In this document: one piece after another, positions 27,107-37,883 of the stretch
How the letters are laid out: each line of letters opens with the position of its first letter
Numbering within the stretch: the stretch's first letter is position 1
Source of the DNA: Christensenella sp. UBA7571
GTDB taxonomy: Bacteria > Bacillota > Clostridia > Christensenellales > CAG-917
Direction: 5' to 3'
Length of the DNA stretch: 64,000 bases
Assembly (NCBI GenBank): GCA_002476605.1
Contig: DLLD01000001.1
Span: 17,449 to 81,448 of the forward strand
Program-made: the position numbers and the translations under genes
The notes under the pieces: model-generated
Told to the model about the DNA's origin: nothing
Database searches by the model: none
What the model saw: the letters and a program-made list of their open reading frames with translations, nothing else

Positions 27107-29503
27107 TTAATCGTCAAGATTTTCATATTCTTCGTTTCGGTTATCGTCAAGATCTTCAAAATCTTCCTCTCGTAGATTTTCGTCTTGATTATCGAAATTA
27201 TCGTTGTTATCGATATTATCAAAACCGTTATCTAATAGGTCGTCAACGTAAACGAGTTTCGTTGACGACTTTTTTATATCCGCATTTGAGGATATCTCGC
27301 ACTCGATAGTGTATTTTACGACGTCGAAGAATGCAAGGGGATTGTCGTATATCGTCTTTTGCTCTCCGTTGCCTTGCACGGTGCAAACGAGATTTGTGCC
27401 GTAGAAATCCTCTCGATAAATCTTATAAGTGTAGATATCTTGCGTATCGAAGGTTATTTGCACTCGGTTTGCGTTGGAGCAAAGCGAAAAATCAAAGTCT
27501 TCCACTTCGTCGAAACAATGCGACGTCTCAACGTTTGCGCCGATGGGGAATACTTCGTTTTTTCTGTATTCTATCGGGGTGTTTTGACTTGCAAGCATAA
27601 CTTGTTTATATTTTTTGCTTGCGTACGTATCGACGTCTTTCCACTCAACCTCGTTGCAATAGGTCAGTGATTTTGGTTGTGATTGGCAGTCGTTTATGCT
27701 TTGCCATATCTTTTTGTTATTCATAGCGGGATATCCGCCTCCGCGCTCACTCGTTCCGTCGTCCGAACCGTGCCAAACGCATACGGTGTAATTATCGTTA
27801 TATCCGATACACCAAGCGTCGCTATTCTTGCCGTCCGCGCGTTCGGCAGTTCCGGTTTTTGCGGCAACCTCAAAGGGAAGTGCGGAAAGCGTGCGTGCAG
27901 TGCCGTCTTTTACGGTATCGGAAAGCGCGCTCGTAATAATGCTTGCAGTAGACGATTTCACAACTGCACGACTCGGAGTTTGACTGCAGATATATATTTT
28001 ATTGCCATTTGTTACGACGTATTTGACGAAAGAATTGTCTTTGTATATACCGTTATTTGCAAGTGCGGTATACGCCGAGCAAATTTCGATAGGGGACACG
28101 CCGTTTGCCGTTGCGCCCAGTGCTATCGCATAATTTTGGTCAAAGTATTCTAAATTTACGCCAAAATTGGAAATGTATTGCACACTTTTGGGCAATCCGA
28201 CGTAACTTAACGTCTTTACGGCAACGCTATTCATTGACTTTTTGATTGCGTCTCTTATGGTCGTTTCTCCGTAATATTTGTCGTTGAAGTTTGACGGGCA
28301 ATAACCTCCGAAGTCGATTTTTTCGTCAACGACGGGAGTTGCAAGAGACACTAAATTCATATCGATTGCGGGTGCGTATACCGCAATAGGCTTCATAACC
28401 GATCCCGCTTGCCTTTTTATATCGTAACCAAGAGAGGAATAGCACGCAACGACGGCGTTTTGCCGGTTATCTACCACGATTTGCACGCTTTGTACGTCGT
28501 CGCTCTCGAAAAATTGCGAATTATTGGCGTTGTCGAATAAGTTTTTTTGCAAATTTACGTCAAGATTGGTGTATATCTCGTATCCCGAATTGTTGAGTTG
28601 ATATTTGGTTATACCGAGCATAGCACACACTTCATCGGTGGCTTTTTTGATATAGTAATCGCAATATTTCTTTTGCGACTTGTTTAATTTGCCTTCTTTT
28701 GCCTTATCGAGCGGGGAATTTGAAGCTAATTCCTTGCTTCCTTGGGATATATAACCTTCTTTTTGCATAACGGAAAGCACGAGATTACGACGCGCTATAC
28801 AATCTTCCTCTTTGGCAAAAGGCGAGTATTTACGGGGATTTTTTACGATACCCGCGAGAGTTGCGCACTCTTGCAAAGATAAATCGGACATTTCCTTGTC
28901 AAAATACAGTCTTGACGCTTGTTTTACACCGTACGCACCGTTTCCGAAGTATATGACGCTCAAATACATTGCCAAAATCTCGTTTTTTGAGTATTCTTTT
29001 TCAAGTTTTCGCGCGATTGCAATTTCTTTGAGTTTTCTATCGATTGTGCGTTCGTTGCTCAAATGCGTGTTTTTTACGAGTTGTTGAGTTATCGTCGACG
29101 CACCTTCTTTGACGGAATGAGACTTGATATTGCTTACGATTGCACCGCCTATGCGAATAGGGTCGTAACCTTTGTGAGAGTAAAACCTCTTGTCTTCAAG
29201 GGCAACGAAGGCGTTTTTGAGGTTGTCGGGAATTTGCTCGGGATGCACGTAATCATCGGTTAGATACTCGATTTTCTCACCGTTTATATCGTAAAAAACG
29301 GGTTTTGCACTTGCAGTGGGTAAGAGGTTTTTGTCAAAGCTAACACCGTTTGCCCATATAGCGAAACCTGCCGCCGCGATTGCTGTTCCGACAATTGGCA
29401 AAAGCACCAAAACGAGCACCGTAGTAAGGATAATTTTCTTCTTTTTGGAGCGTTTTTGTTCCTTGTTCAAAAGATTTTTGATTTTTGGTCGTTTTTTCAT
29501 CAA
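27107..29503 (-). CDS. class A penicillin-binding protein (transglycosylase/transpeptidase) with extra C-terminal domain and acidic tail
   Basis: GT51 motifs EDKRFYSHKGYD and GASTITQQL. Transpeptidase motifs SVMKP (SxxK), SMN and KTGT. C-terminal D/N/E-rich tail. Confidence 0.9.
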   Translation of the reverse strand: MMKKRPKIKNLLNKEQKRSKKKKIILTTVLVLVLLPIVGTAIAAAGFAIWANGVSFDKNLLPTASAKPVFYDINGEKIEYLTDDYVHPEQIPDNLKNAFVALEDKRFYSHKGYDPIRIGGAIVSNIKSHSVKEGASTITQQLVKNTHLSNERTIDRKLKEIAIARKLEKEYSKNEILAMYLSVIYFGNGAYGVKQASRLYFDKEMSDLSLQECATLAGIVKNPRKYSPFAKEEDCIARRNLVLSVMQKEGYISQGSKELASNSPLDKAKEGKLNKSQKKYCDYYIKKATDEVCAMLGITKYQLNNSGYEIYTNLDVNLQKNLFDNANNSQFFESDDVQSVQIVVDNRQNAVVACYSSLGYDIKRQAGSVMKPIAVYAPAIDMNLVSLATPVVDEKIDFGGYCPSNFNDKYYGETTIRDAIKKSMNSVAVKTLSYVGLPKSVQYISNFGVNLEYFDQNYAIALGATANGVSPIEICSAYTALANNGIYKDNSFVKYVVTNGNKIYICSQTPSRAVVKSSTASIITSALSDTVKDGTARTLSALPFEVAAKTGTAERADGKNSDAWCIGYNDNYTVCVWHGSDDGTSERGGGYPAMNNKKIWQSINDCQSQPKSLTYCNEVEWKDVDTYASKKYKQVMLASQNTPIEYRKNEVFPIGANVETSHCFDEVEDFDFSLCSNANRVQITFDTQDIYTYKIYREDFYGTNLVCTVQGNGEQKTIYDNPLAFFDVVKYTIECEISSNADIKKSSTKLVYVDDLLDNGFDNIDNNDNFDNQDENLREEDFEDLDDNRNEEYENLDD

Positions 29504-29603
29504 AATTATTATTGTTTTATGCGCTATTTTTATGTATAATAGTTATTTGAAGAAATAACGCGCAACGCGCGCACGCATATTAGCGTATCGCGAAGGAAGA
29601 AAT

Positions 29604-30956
29604 ATGTTTTACAAAATCAACACTTACGGCTGTCAAATGAACGTTCACGAAAGCGAGAAAATCGCGGGAATACTCGAAGATATGGGGTATACCGATTGTC
29701 CCGAGAACGGTAATCCCGACGTTATCGTATTCAATACTTGTTGTATTCGTGACACGGCAGAGAGAAGAGCGCTCGGCAATATCGGCGTAACGAAAGCCGA
29801 GAAGAAGCGCAATCCCAATCTCATTTTGGCGGTCGTTGGTTGTATGCCACAACAAGACGGCGTTGCTGAAAGTCTAAAAGAAAGATATCCGTACGTCGAT
29901 ATCGTGCTCGGCACTCGCAATATTGCCGAACTCAAAGACGAAATCGAAAAGGTGGTTGCTTCTCGCGCTCGCGTTAAGAAGAGAAGCGACAAAAAGTATC
30001 GTTGTTTTGACACCGAGCAACCCGCAAACTACCTTGAAATAGACGAAAAAACGCCCCAAACGAGGACGAGTTATCCCAACGCGTGGATAAACATTATCTA
30101 CGGTTGCAACAACTTTTGCACTTATTGCATAGTGCCGTACGTGCGCGGAAGAGAAGTTTCGCGCGATATGAACAGCGTTCTCGACGAAGTGAAAAAATGC
30201 GTTGACGAAGGCTACAAAGAGATTACTTTGCTCGGTCAAAACGTCAATTCCTACGGCAACGACGTAGACGATCCCAACGTGAATTTTGCCAATTTGTTGA
30301 GAGAAATCGACAAAATCGAGGGCAAATTCCGCGTGCGTTTTATGACTTCGCACCCAAAGGATCTCAACGACGATATTATCGACGCTATGGCTAATTCGAG
30401 CAAGATTTGCAACAATTTGCATCTTCCCATTCAAGCGGGCTCTGACAAAGTGCTTGCCAATATGAACAGACGCTACGACAGCGCAAAATATCTCCAAACG
30501 ATAGAGAAGCTTCGTAAAGCGATGCCCGATATCGGCATTACCACCGATATTATGGTGGGCTTCCCGACGGAGACGGAAGAGGACTTCCAAAAGACGCTCG
30601 AAATCGTGGAAAAAGTGCGCTATTCCAACGCGTTTACGTTTATTTACTCACCGAGAAAAGGCACACCCGCCGCAAAGATGGAGCAAATTCCGTACGCTGT
30701 GAAGCAAGAGCGCATTTCAAGGCTTATCAAGCTTCAAAACAAGATAACCAAAGAGATATCCGACACGTACGTGGGCGGAGTTTTCGAGGTTCTATGCGAG
30801 GATATCGCGCCTAAATACGAAGGTATGGTGTGCGGAAGAACGGAAAGCGGAAGGCTCGTCACTTTCGAGGGAGATAGTGAGGATATCGGCAAGTTCTTCA
30901 ACGTCAAAATCTCGCAATCGAAGTCCGCTTCGCTTTTCGGACACAAGGAGGGTTAA
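29604..30956 (+). CDS. miaB: tRNA-2-methylthio-N6-dimethylallyladenosine synthase
   Basis: YGCQMN, GCNNFCTYCIVPYVRG and a TRAM C-terminus. Confidence 0.93.
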   Translation: MFYKINTYGCQMNVHESEKIAGILEDMGYTDCPENGNPDVIVFNTCCIRDTAERRALGNIGVTKAEKKRNPNLILAVVGCMPQQDGVAESLKERYPYVDIVLGTRNIAELKDEIEKVVASRARVKKRSDKKYRCFDTEQPANYLEIDEKTPQTRTSYPNAWINIIYGCNNFCTYCIVPYVRGREVSRDMNSVLDEVKKCVDEGYKEITLLGQNVNSYGNDVDDPNVNFANLLREIDKIEGKFRVRFMTSHPKDLNDDIIDAMANSSKICNNLHLPIQAGSDKVLANMNRRYDSAKYLQTIEKLRKAMPDIGITTDIMVGFPTETEEDFQKTLEIVEKVRYSNAFTFIYSPRKGTPAAKMEQIPYAVKQERISRLIKLQNKITKEISDTYVGGVFEVLCEDIAPKYEGMVCGRTESGRLVTFEGDSEDIGKFFNVKISQSKSASLFGHKEG

Positions 30957-30959
30957 GGT

Positions 30960-33587
30960 ATGGAAATCGACCGCAACAAACTCACTCCTATGATGAAAAA
31001 GTATTTTCTCATCAAGGACAATTATCCCGATTGTTTGCTGTTTTTCAGACTGGGTGACTTTTACGAGATGTTTTTCGACGACGCCGTAACCGCTTCTCGC
31101 GTTCTCGACCTTACGCTTACGGGCAGAGACTGCGGTATGAGCGAGCGCGCGCCTATGTGCGGTGTGCCGTATCACGCAGTTGACAACTATATCCGCAAAC
31201 TCATAGAAAACGGCTATCGCGTGGCTATTTGCGAGCAATTGAGCGATCCCGCAAACACCGCAAAAGGCGAACTCGTCGAGCGAGACGTCGTGCGCGTGGT
31301 ATCCAGCGGTACGGTTATGGAAGAGGATATCCTCGACGAGAGGTCGTCAAACTATCTTTGCTCCGTTTTCACCAACGCAAACGCGTTCGGCATCGCTTGG
31401 ACGGATATCTCGACGGGTGAGTTCAACGTATACGAGTACGAGGGCGAAAATTATCTCGACAAACTTTCCAACCTCTTGGGAAGCATTTCCCCGAGCGAAA
31501 TCATTTGCAACGAAGATTTTCTTGCCAAATACCCCAAAATCGCGTTCTTCAAAGCAAGCGAAAAGAGGGCGCATTGCTATCACGAATTCGCTTACGGTTT
31601 GAGCGTCGCGACGAAGAAAATTTTGACGACTTTCAACGTACAATCGCTTTCCGTATTCGAGATTGACAATCATCCGTATGCGGTGAGCGCGACGGGCGGA
31701 CTTTTGGAATACTTGGCGCAAACGCAAAAACGCTCGCTTGCGCAACTCAACAAAATCGTATTCTTGCACGACAAATCTTTTATGATGCTTGACAATTCCA
31801 CTCGCAGAAATTTGGAATTGACACAGCGTGCAAGAGACGGCAAACGTCAAGGCTCGCTTTTGAGCGTGCTCGACAAGACGTACACGGCAATGGGCGCGCG
31901 CACTTTGAAGAGATGGATTGAGCAACCTCTTCAAGACGGCAACGCCATAAACGCCCGACTCGACGCGGTGGAAGATCTTATTTCGTCAAAAGCCGTTCGC
32001 GAAAGATTGGGCGCATCGCTCGAACAAGCGCGCGACCTCGAACGCCTCAACGGAAGACTTGCCTACGGCAATTCCACGCCCAAAGATTTGCTCTCAATAA
32101 GCGACACTTTGGAAGTCTTGCCACAAATCAAGCTCACGCTTAAAGATACGTCCGCAAGTATGCTCAAAAAAATAAATAGCGATCTCAGTCCGCTCAAATC
32201 AGTATGCGCGACGCTTCAAAGCGCACTCGACAGAGACGGTGTAAACAGCTATAAAAACGGCGGATATATCGCAAAAGGTTACGACGAGACGCTGGATCAA
32301 ATGCGCGACATCAAGACTTCCGCGCGCGATTGGCTCTCCAATTTGGAAGCAAGAGAGAGGGAAGAGACGGGTATCCGCACGCTCAAAGTGGGATATAACA
32401 AGGTCTTCGGATACTATATCGAAGTGTCAAAATCTTTCACGGATAAAGTGCCTTATCGTTACGAACGCAAGCAAACACTCGTAAACGGTGAGAGATATAT
32501 CACGGCGGAACTCAAAGAGTTGGAAGAGAAGATTCTTTCCGCGGAAGCGAACGTGCAAATGCTCGAAGACAAGATTTTTACGGAACTCAAAACTTTGTGC
32601 ATAGAGAATTTTGCGTCCCTTCAAGCCGACGCACAAGCACTCAGCACGCTCGATTGCCTCTTGTCTTTTGCCAACGTATCGGTTGCGAACAGATACGTGA
32701 AACCGATCATCAACAAGAAAGTGAAGAGCATCGATATTCAAGACGGCAGACACCCCGTCGTCGAAACGCTTCTCGACAAGGGCGCGTACGTGCCCAACGA
32801 CACGCTTCTCGACGACGATGAGAACAGAACGATGATCATCACCGGTCCGAATATGGCGGGCAAGAGCACGTATATGCGCCAAGTTGCGATAATTACGCTT
32901 ATGGCGCACATCGGGTGCTTCGTTCCCGCAAAATCCGCGGAAATCTCGCTCACCGACCGCATTTTCACAAGAATAGGAGCAAGCGACGATTTGAGCGGTG
33001 GTCAAAGTACGTTTATGGTGGAAATGATCGAAGTTGCCACCATTCTCAACTACGCAACGTCGTCAAGCCTTCTCGTTCTGGACGAAATCGGCAGAGGAAC
33101 GTCCACCTTCGACGGACTTTCCATTGCGTGGTCGGTGCTCGAATACATAACCAAAAACGTCAAAGCAAAGACGCTTTTTGCAACGCACTTCCACGAACTT
33201 ACCGAGCTTGAAGACCTCGAAGGCGTCAAGAATTATAGAGTGCTCGTCTCGCAAGTAAACGACACGATAGTATTCTTGCACAAAATCGTAAGAGGCGGTG
33301 CATCGCAAAGCTTCGGTATAGAAGTCGCGTCGCTTGCGGGCGTATCGAAACCCGTCATAGAACACGCAAAAAACATTATGCGTTCGCTCGAAGAGGACTC
33401 CAAAAACCGCGACACCAACGAAATGTTGCTCTCGTCCGCAAAGAAAAACGTGACTGCGCAAGTCAGTTTCTTCGACAGCGGTGAAAGCAAAATCGAAAAG
33501 CAAATTCGTGATACGGACGTGAACAATCTCACTCCGCTACAAGCACTCACCATTTTGAGCGACCTCAAAAAACAACTTGAAGAATAA
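30960..33587 (+). CDS. mutS: DNA mismatch repair protein MutS
   Basis: TPMMKKYF, GDFYEMFF and ITGPNMAGKSTYMRQ. Confidence 0.96.
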   Translation: MEIDRNKLTPMMKKYFLIKDNYPDCLLFFRLGDFYEMFFDDAVTASRVLDLTLTGRDCGMSERAPMCGVPYHAVDNYIRKLIENGYRVAICEQLSDPANTAKGELVERDVVRVVSSGTVMEEDILDERSSNYLCSVFTNANAFGIAWTDISTGEFNVYEYEGENYLDKLSNLLGSISPSEIICNEDFLAKYPKIAFFKASEKRAHCYHEFAYGLSVATKKILTTFNVQSLSVFEIDNHPYAVSATGGLLEYLAQTQKRSLAQLNKIVFLHDKSFMMLDNSTRRNLELTQRARDGKRQGSLLSVLDKTYTAMGARTLKRWIEQPLQDGNAINARLDAVEDLISSKAVRERLGASLEQARDLERLNGRLAYGNSTPKDLLSISDTLEVLPQIKLTLKDTSASMLKKINSDLSPLKSVCATLQSALDRDGVNSYKNGGYIAKGYDETLDQMRDIKTSARDWLSNLEAREREETGIRTLKVGYNKVFGYYIEVSKSFTDKVPYRYERKQTLVNGERYITAELKELEEKILSAEANVQMLEDKIFTELKTLCIENFASLQADAQALSTLDCLLSFANVSVANRYVKPIINKKVKSIDIQDGRHPVVETLLDKGAYVPNDTLLDDDENRTMIITGPNMAGKSTYMRQVAIITLMAHIGCFVPAKSAEISLTDRIFTRIGASDDLSGGQSTFMVEMIEVATILNYATSSSLLVLDEIGRGTSTFDGLSIAWSVLEYITKNVKAKTLFATHFHELTELEDLEGVKNYRVLVSQVNDTIVFLHKIVRGGASQSFGIEVASLAGVSKPVIEHAKNIMRSLEEDSKNRDTNEMLLSSAKKNVTAQVSFFDSGESKIEKQIRDTDVNNLTPLQALTILSDLKKQLEE

Positions 33588-33617
33588 ACCTTGCAATCTT
33601 TGATTGCGGAGAAGAAT

Positions 33618-35564
33618 ATGGGCAAAATTAATATTCTCGATTCAAACGTATTCAATATGATATCGGCAGGCGAAGTGGTCGAAAGGCCGTCGTCCGTCGT
33701 AAAGGAACTCGTTGAAAACTCCATTGACGCGGGCGCAACGCGCGTCGACGTTTACGTCGAAGAGGGCGGACTTGACAAAATTCAAGTCAGCGACAACGGC
33801 GTAGGCATCGAAAAAGAGGACTTGCGCAGTGCGTTTTTACCGCACGCAACGAGCAAACTTTGCAAAATCACCGACCTTGACTGTCTCTCGACGCTCGGTT
33901 TCAGAGGTGAAGCTTTGGCAAGCATATCGTCCGTTAGCAACGTAACATTGATCACGGCAAGCAAAGCGCAAAAAACGTCGTCTCAAATTTCGTTGAGTGG
34001 CGGAACGGTGACTTTCGAAGGTGAAAGCAATAGGGCGGAAGGCACGCTTATAAGCGTTGAAAACTTGTTTTTCAATACGCCCGCGCGCCTCAAATTCCTC
34101 AAAAAAGCGTCAAGCGAGTTGCATTATATCCAAGACACGATAAAAGCGTTGATACTTGCCAATCCGCATATTTCTATCACGCTATCAAACGAAGAGGGCG
34201 TGATATTGTCCAACGACGGAGGCAGTTTGCACGACGCCATTTACTCGGTGTACGGTGCAAAAGTCGCTGACAATTTGCTTCCAATCGTCGACAACGAGAG
34301 AGGAAATATCCGCGTGAGCGGTTTCACGTCAAAGGTTGATTACACCAAGCCAAACCGCACTTATCAGTCCATTATCGTCAACGGAAGAGCGGTGCAAGAC
34401 GCCACGATACAAACCGCGGTTGAGCGCGCGTATTCGGAATATCTTATGAAGCGCACGTATCCTATGTTTATCGTAGACGTATTGATGCCGTTCGAGGACG
34501 TGGACGTCAACGTTCACCCGTCCAAAACGGAAGTGCGTTTTAGAGATAAACACGCAGTATTCAGTGCGGTTTATCACGCAATCGAAGATACGATTGCACA
34601 AAATATGAGCAACGTTGCCTTTGGCTTCGATATCGAGCAAAACGGCAGTGAATTGAGCCAAAACAACCGAATTTTGCCTCAAAATACGCCTATTTCGACC
34701 GATTTTGAAGAAAAGCCGAGCCAAGAATACGTGCAAACGCACATCGATACGAGCAAGCTTTTCAGCGGTAAAACTCAACCCAAAAACTACGTCGGCATAG
34801 ATTTGTACGACACGAAACCGATTGCAAAATCCACGCTTGCCGACGGCGGTATCAACTATTACGATAACAATTTTACGAATAGTTATAAAACCAAAAATTC
34901 AATCGCTTGCGATACGCAAAGCGCAGATAAGTATTCTCAAAAAGTCGAAAATATAGAATATAGTGCCGATAATAACGACGATACGGCAATATTTGACGGT
35001 AAAATAGTAGGGCAAATTTTCAATACGTACATTATTTGCGAACGTGGCGATTTGGTTTATATTATCGACCAACACGCAGCGCACGAGCGCATTTTGTACG
35101 ACAATATCCTAAGAAAATTCAACGTCGAATACGCACAACCGCTTTTAATACCGTACAAACTCTCGTTGACGGGCGAAGAGGAAGAATATCTCGACAAAAT
35201 CGTTCCCAACCTTATTAAACTCGGGTTTGACATCGAGCAAAACGGCACGACGTATTTGATTAAAGCCGTTCCGGAGCCCGTGTCCAAAATCAATTTCGGC
35301 AAATTCTTCTCGGATTTGTTTGCAAATATGCTCAACGAGAACGAACTTACTCTCGAAAACTTGCTCAAAGACAAGCTTTGCCAACAAGCGTGCAAAGCGG
35401 CAATAAAAGGCGGTGAATCGCTCTCACACGCTCAAATTGAGCGAGTTATCAAGAATTACGTGGACGAAAACGGCAATTTGCCCACCAAATGTCCGCACGG
35501 TCGTCCCGCAGTCGTCGCTTTCAGCGCGCGCGATATCGAAAAGACGTTCAAGCGCATCGTATAG
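33618..35564 (+). CDS. mutL: DNA mismatch repair protein MutL
   Basis: ISAGEVVERPSSVVKELVENSIDAG and DNGVGI. The C-terminal endonuclease region contains DQHAAHERILY. ATG 33618 has RBS ggagaag. Confidence 0.94.
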   Translation: MGKINILDSNVFNMISAGEVVERPSSVVKELVENSIDAGATRVDVYVEEGGLDKIQVSDNGVGIEKEDLRSAFLPHATSKLCKITDLDCLSTLGFRGEALASISSVSNVTLITASKAQKTSSQISLSGGTVTFEGESNRAEGTLISVENLFFNTPARLKFLKKASSELHYIQDTIKALILANPHISITLSNEEGVILSNDGGSLHDAIYSVYGAKVADNLLPIVDNERGNIRVSGFTSKVDYTKPNRTYQSIIVNGRAVQDATIQTAVERAYSEYLMKRTYPMFIVDVLMPFEDVDVNVHPSKTEVRFRDKHAVFSAVYHAIEDTIAQNMSNVAFGFDIEQNGSELSQNNRILPQNTPISTDFEEKPSQEYVQTHIDTSKLFSGKTQPKNYVGIDLYDTKPIAKSTLADGGINYYDNNFTNSYKTKNSIACDTQSADKYSQKVENIEYSADNNDDTAIFDGKIVGQIFNTYIICERGDLVYIIDQHAAHERILYDNILRKFNVEYAQPLLIPYKLSLTGEEEEYLDKIVPNLIKLGFDIEQNGTTYLIKAVPEPVSKINFGKFFSDLFANMLNENELTLENLLKDKLCQQACKAAIKGGESLSHAQIERVIKNYVDENGNLPTKCPHGRPAVVAFSARDIEKTFKRIV

Positions 35565-35572
35565 TTATATAT

Positions 35573-36535
35573 ATGGATAATAATATAAATAAAAATACCA
35601 TAATATATCCGCCCGTGTATATCGCAGGTCCGACCGCGTCGGGTAAAAGCGCGCTTGCCGTAAAACTTGCGCGCAAAATCGACAGCGTGATTATTTCTGC
35701 CGACAGTATGCAAATTTATCGCGGGCTCGATATCGGCACGGCAAAGGAAAGCGAGAGTATTCGCAAGGAAATTCCGCACAAACTTATCGACGTCGTCGAC
35801 GCAAACGAGGAATTTTCCGTTGCCGAGTTTGCTCAAATGGCAAAAACGGAAATCGAGAACGCACAAAACTGCGGGAAATTGCCAATCGTCGTCGGTGGCA
35901 CGGGACTGTATTTTGAATCGTTGCTATATCCGATGAGTTTTGCAAACACAATCAAAAACGTCGAATTGCGCAATCGTTTGCAAGCGGAACTTGACGACGC
36001 GGGCGCACAAGCAATGCACGAAAAATTGCGCGCATTCGACGAACAAACGGCGCAAAGATTGCACGTCAACGATACTAAACGCGTTATTCGCGCGCTTGAA
36101 ATAATCATCTCAACGGGCAAAACGCTTGCTCAAAACAGCGACGAGCGCACGAAGCCCGACGTAATTATGGTTGCACTCGACACCGATCGCACCAAGCTTT
36201 ACGAACGGATAAACGAGCGCGTCGATCAAATGTTCGACCAAGGGCTCGTAAACGAGGTTTTGAGTGTCGGTGATTTTTCCTATCAATCTATGCAAGCAAT
36301 CGGTTATAAGGAATTTGCGGACTGCAATTACGTCAAAACCGACCGCGGATACGAAATCGATCCCGTCGAACTTGCTGAGATCAAGGACAAAATCAAACAA
36401 CACACCCGCAATTACGCAAAACGCCAACTCACTTGGTTTAGAAAATACGACTTCGTCAAATGGTTTGACGTAAACGATCAAGACGGCGCAATTGCGTATA
36501 TCGAAGAAAAAATCAAAGAAAAAACCACCGTTTAA
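35573..36535 (+). CDS. miaA: tRNA dimethylallyltransferase
   Basis: IAGPTASGKSALA P-loop and DSMQIYRGLDIGTAK. ATG 35573 preferred. Confidence 0.93.
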   Translation: MDNNINKNTIIYPPVYIAGPTASGKSALAVKLARKIDSVIISADSMQIYRGLDIGTAKESESIRKEIPHKLIDVVDANEEFSVAEFAQMAKTEIENAQNCGKLPIVVGGTGLYFESLLYPMSFANTIKNVELRNRLQAELDDAGAQAMHEKLRAFDEQTAQRLHVNDTKRVIRALEIIISTGKTLAQNSDERTKPDVIMVALDTDRTKLYERINERVDQMFDQGLVNEVLSVGDFSYQSMQAIGYKEFADCNYVKTDRGYEIDPVELAEIKDKIKQHTRNYAKRQLTWFRKYDFVKWFDVNDQDGAIAYIEEKIKEKTTV

Positions 36536-36629
36536 TGCGTTTTCACACGACGAATGAACGGTCAAAATCAACTGAAATACTAATAAAAAAACAAAAAACA
36601 TAACGAAAAATCAACGGAATTTATAAACT

Positions 36630-37877
36630 ATGGACAAAAATTCGGCAAAACAATTGATGATACAGACCGAGGCGGAACTCAAAGATCAGTTCGCGCGCCT
36701 TGACGATATCGCGCTTTACAATCAAAAGAAAGTTCTTGACGCGTACAAAAATCAAGCAATTCAAGCGCGCCATATGTTCGGCACGACCGGTTACGGCTAC
36801 GACGATATCGGCCGTGACACGCTTTGCAGGCTTTACGCCGACGTTTTCCACACCGAAAGTGCCATAGTTTCACCCAATATCGTATCAGGAACGCACGCTT
36901 TGACGCTTATGCTTTTCGGAGTTTTGCGCCCGGGAGACAAACTTTTGGCAGTTTCGGGTATGCCGTACGACACCTTGACAGACGTAATTTTGGCGGATAA
37001 CAAAGGATCTTTGAAGGATTTCGGCGTATCTTTTGACAAAATCGACCTCAAAACCAACCCCGATTTGACGCCCGAATTTGACTTTGACGCCATCGAAAAC
37101 GCGTTAAAATCTCAATTCGTTAAAGCCGTTTTCGTCGCAAGAAGTCGCGGATACAGCTTACGCCAAGCAATCAGCGTCGAAAAAGTCGGGCAACTTATCG
37201 AGTTCGTCAAAAAAATCAGTCCCAAAACGCTCGTTTTGGTCGATAATTGCTACGGCGAATTCGTCGAAAAAATCGAGCCTACGGACGTCGGCGCAGACCT
37301 TATCGCGGGATCGCTCATCAAAAATATCGGTGGCGGAATTGCACCCACAGGCGGATATATTGCGGGAAAAAGCGCGCTTGTCGAGCAAGTATCGTATCGT
37401 TTGACCGCGCCATCGCTCGGTATGGAAGAAGGTTCGTACGTTTACGGTTATTTGCCGTATTATCAAGGTTTGTTTTTAGCACCATCTGCGGTCAAAAACG
37501 CGTTAAAAGGTTCGCTTTTGTTTGCAAAAGCTTACACAAAACTCGGTTTCGAGACGCTTCCGTGCGACGATATGAAACCTTACGATATCGTAACAAGCAT
37601 CAAGCTCGGTTCTCCAGAAAAACTTATCGATTTTTGCGGTGCGATTCAAGAGATTTCTCCGATTGACAGCAACGTAAAACCGATGCCTTGGGATATGCCG
37701 GGATATCAAGATCAAGTTATTATGGCTGCCGGCGCGTTCGTGCAAGGATCTTCAATCGAATTAAGCGCGGATTCTCCGATAAAAGAACCGTATATCGTCT
37801 ACGTTCAAGGCGGTTTGACTTACGAACACGCATATCTTGCCGTTCAACATACGCTCGAAACACTCAATTTCGACTGA
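36630..37877 (+). CDS. PLP-dependent aluminium-resistance / methionine gamma-lyase family protein (YnbB-like)
   Basis: 415 aa. Family-typical N-terminus (...FGTTGYGYDDIGRDTL...) and conserved position downstream of miaA in Firmicutes. Confidence 0.75.
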   Translation: MDKNSAKQLMIQTEAELKDQFARLDDIALYNQKKVLDAYKNQAIQARHMFGTTGYGYDDIGRDTLCRLYADVFHTESAIVSPNIVSGTHALTLMLFGVLRPGDKLLAVSGMPYDTLTDVILADNKGSLKDFGVSFDKIDLKTNPDLTPEFDFDAIENALKSQFVKAVFVARSRGYSLRQAISVEKVGQLIEFVKKISPKTLVLVDNCYGEFVEKIEPTDVGADLIAGSLIKNIGGGIAPTGGYIAGKSALVEQVSYRLTAPSLGMEEGSYVYGYLPYYQGLFLAPSAVKNALKGSLLFAKAYTKLGFETLPCDDMKPYDIVTSIKLGSPEKLIDFCGAIQEISPIDSNVKPMPWDMPGYQDQVIMAAGAFVQGSSIELSADSPIKEPYIVYVQGGLTYEHAYLAVQHTLETLNFD

Positions 37878-37883
37878 ATTTTT

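Noticed and set aside
36536-36629. The expected hfq gene between miaA and the ynbB-like gene.
   Set aside because: No ORF of suitable size or Sm-like sequence exists in the 94-nt spacer. Absence within one window is not evidence of loss from the genome.
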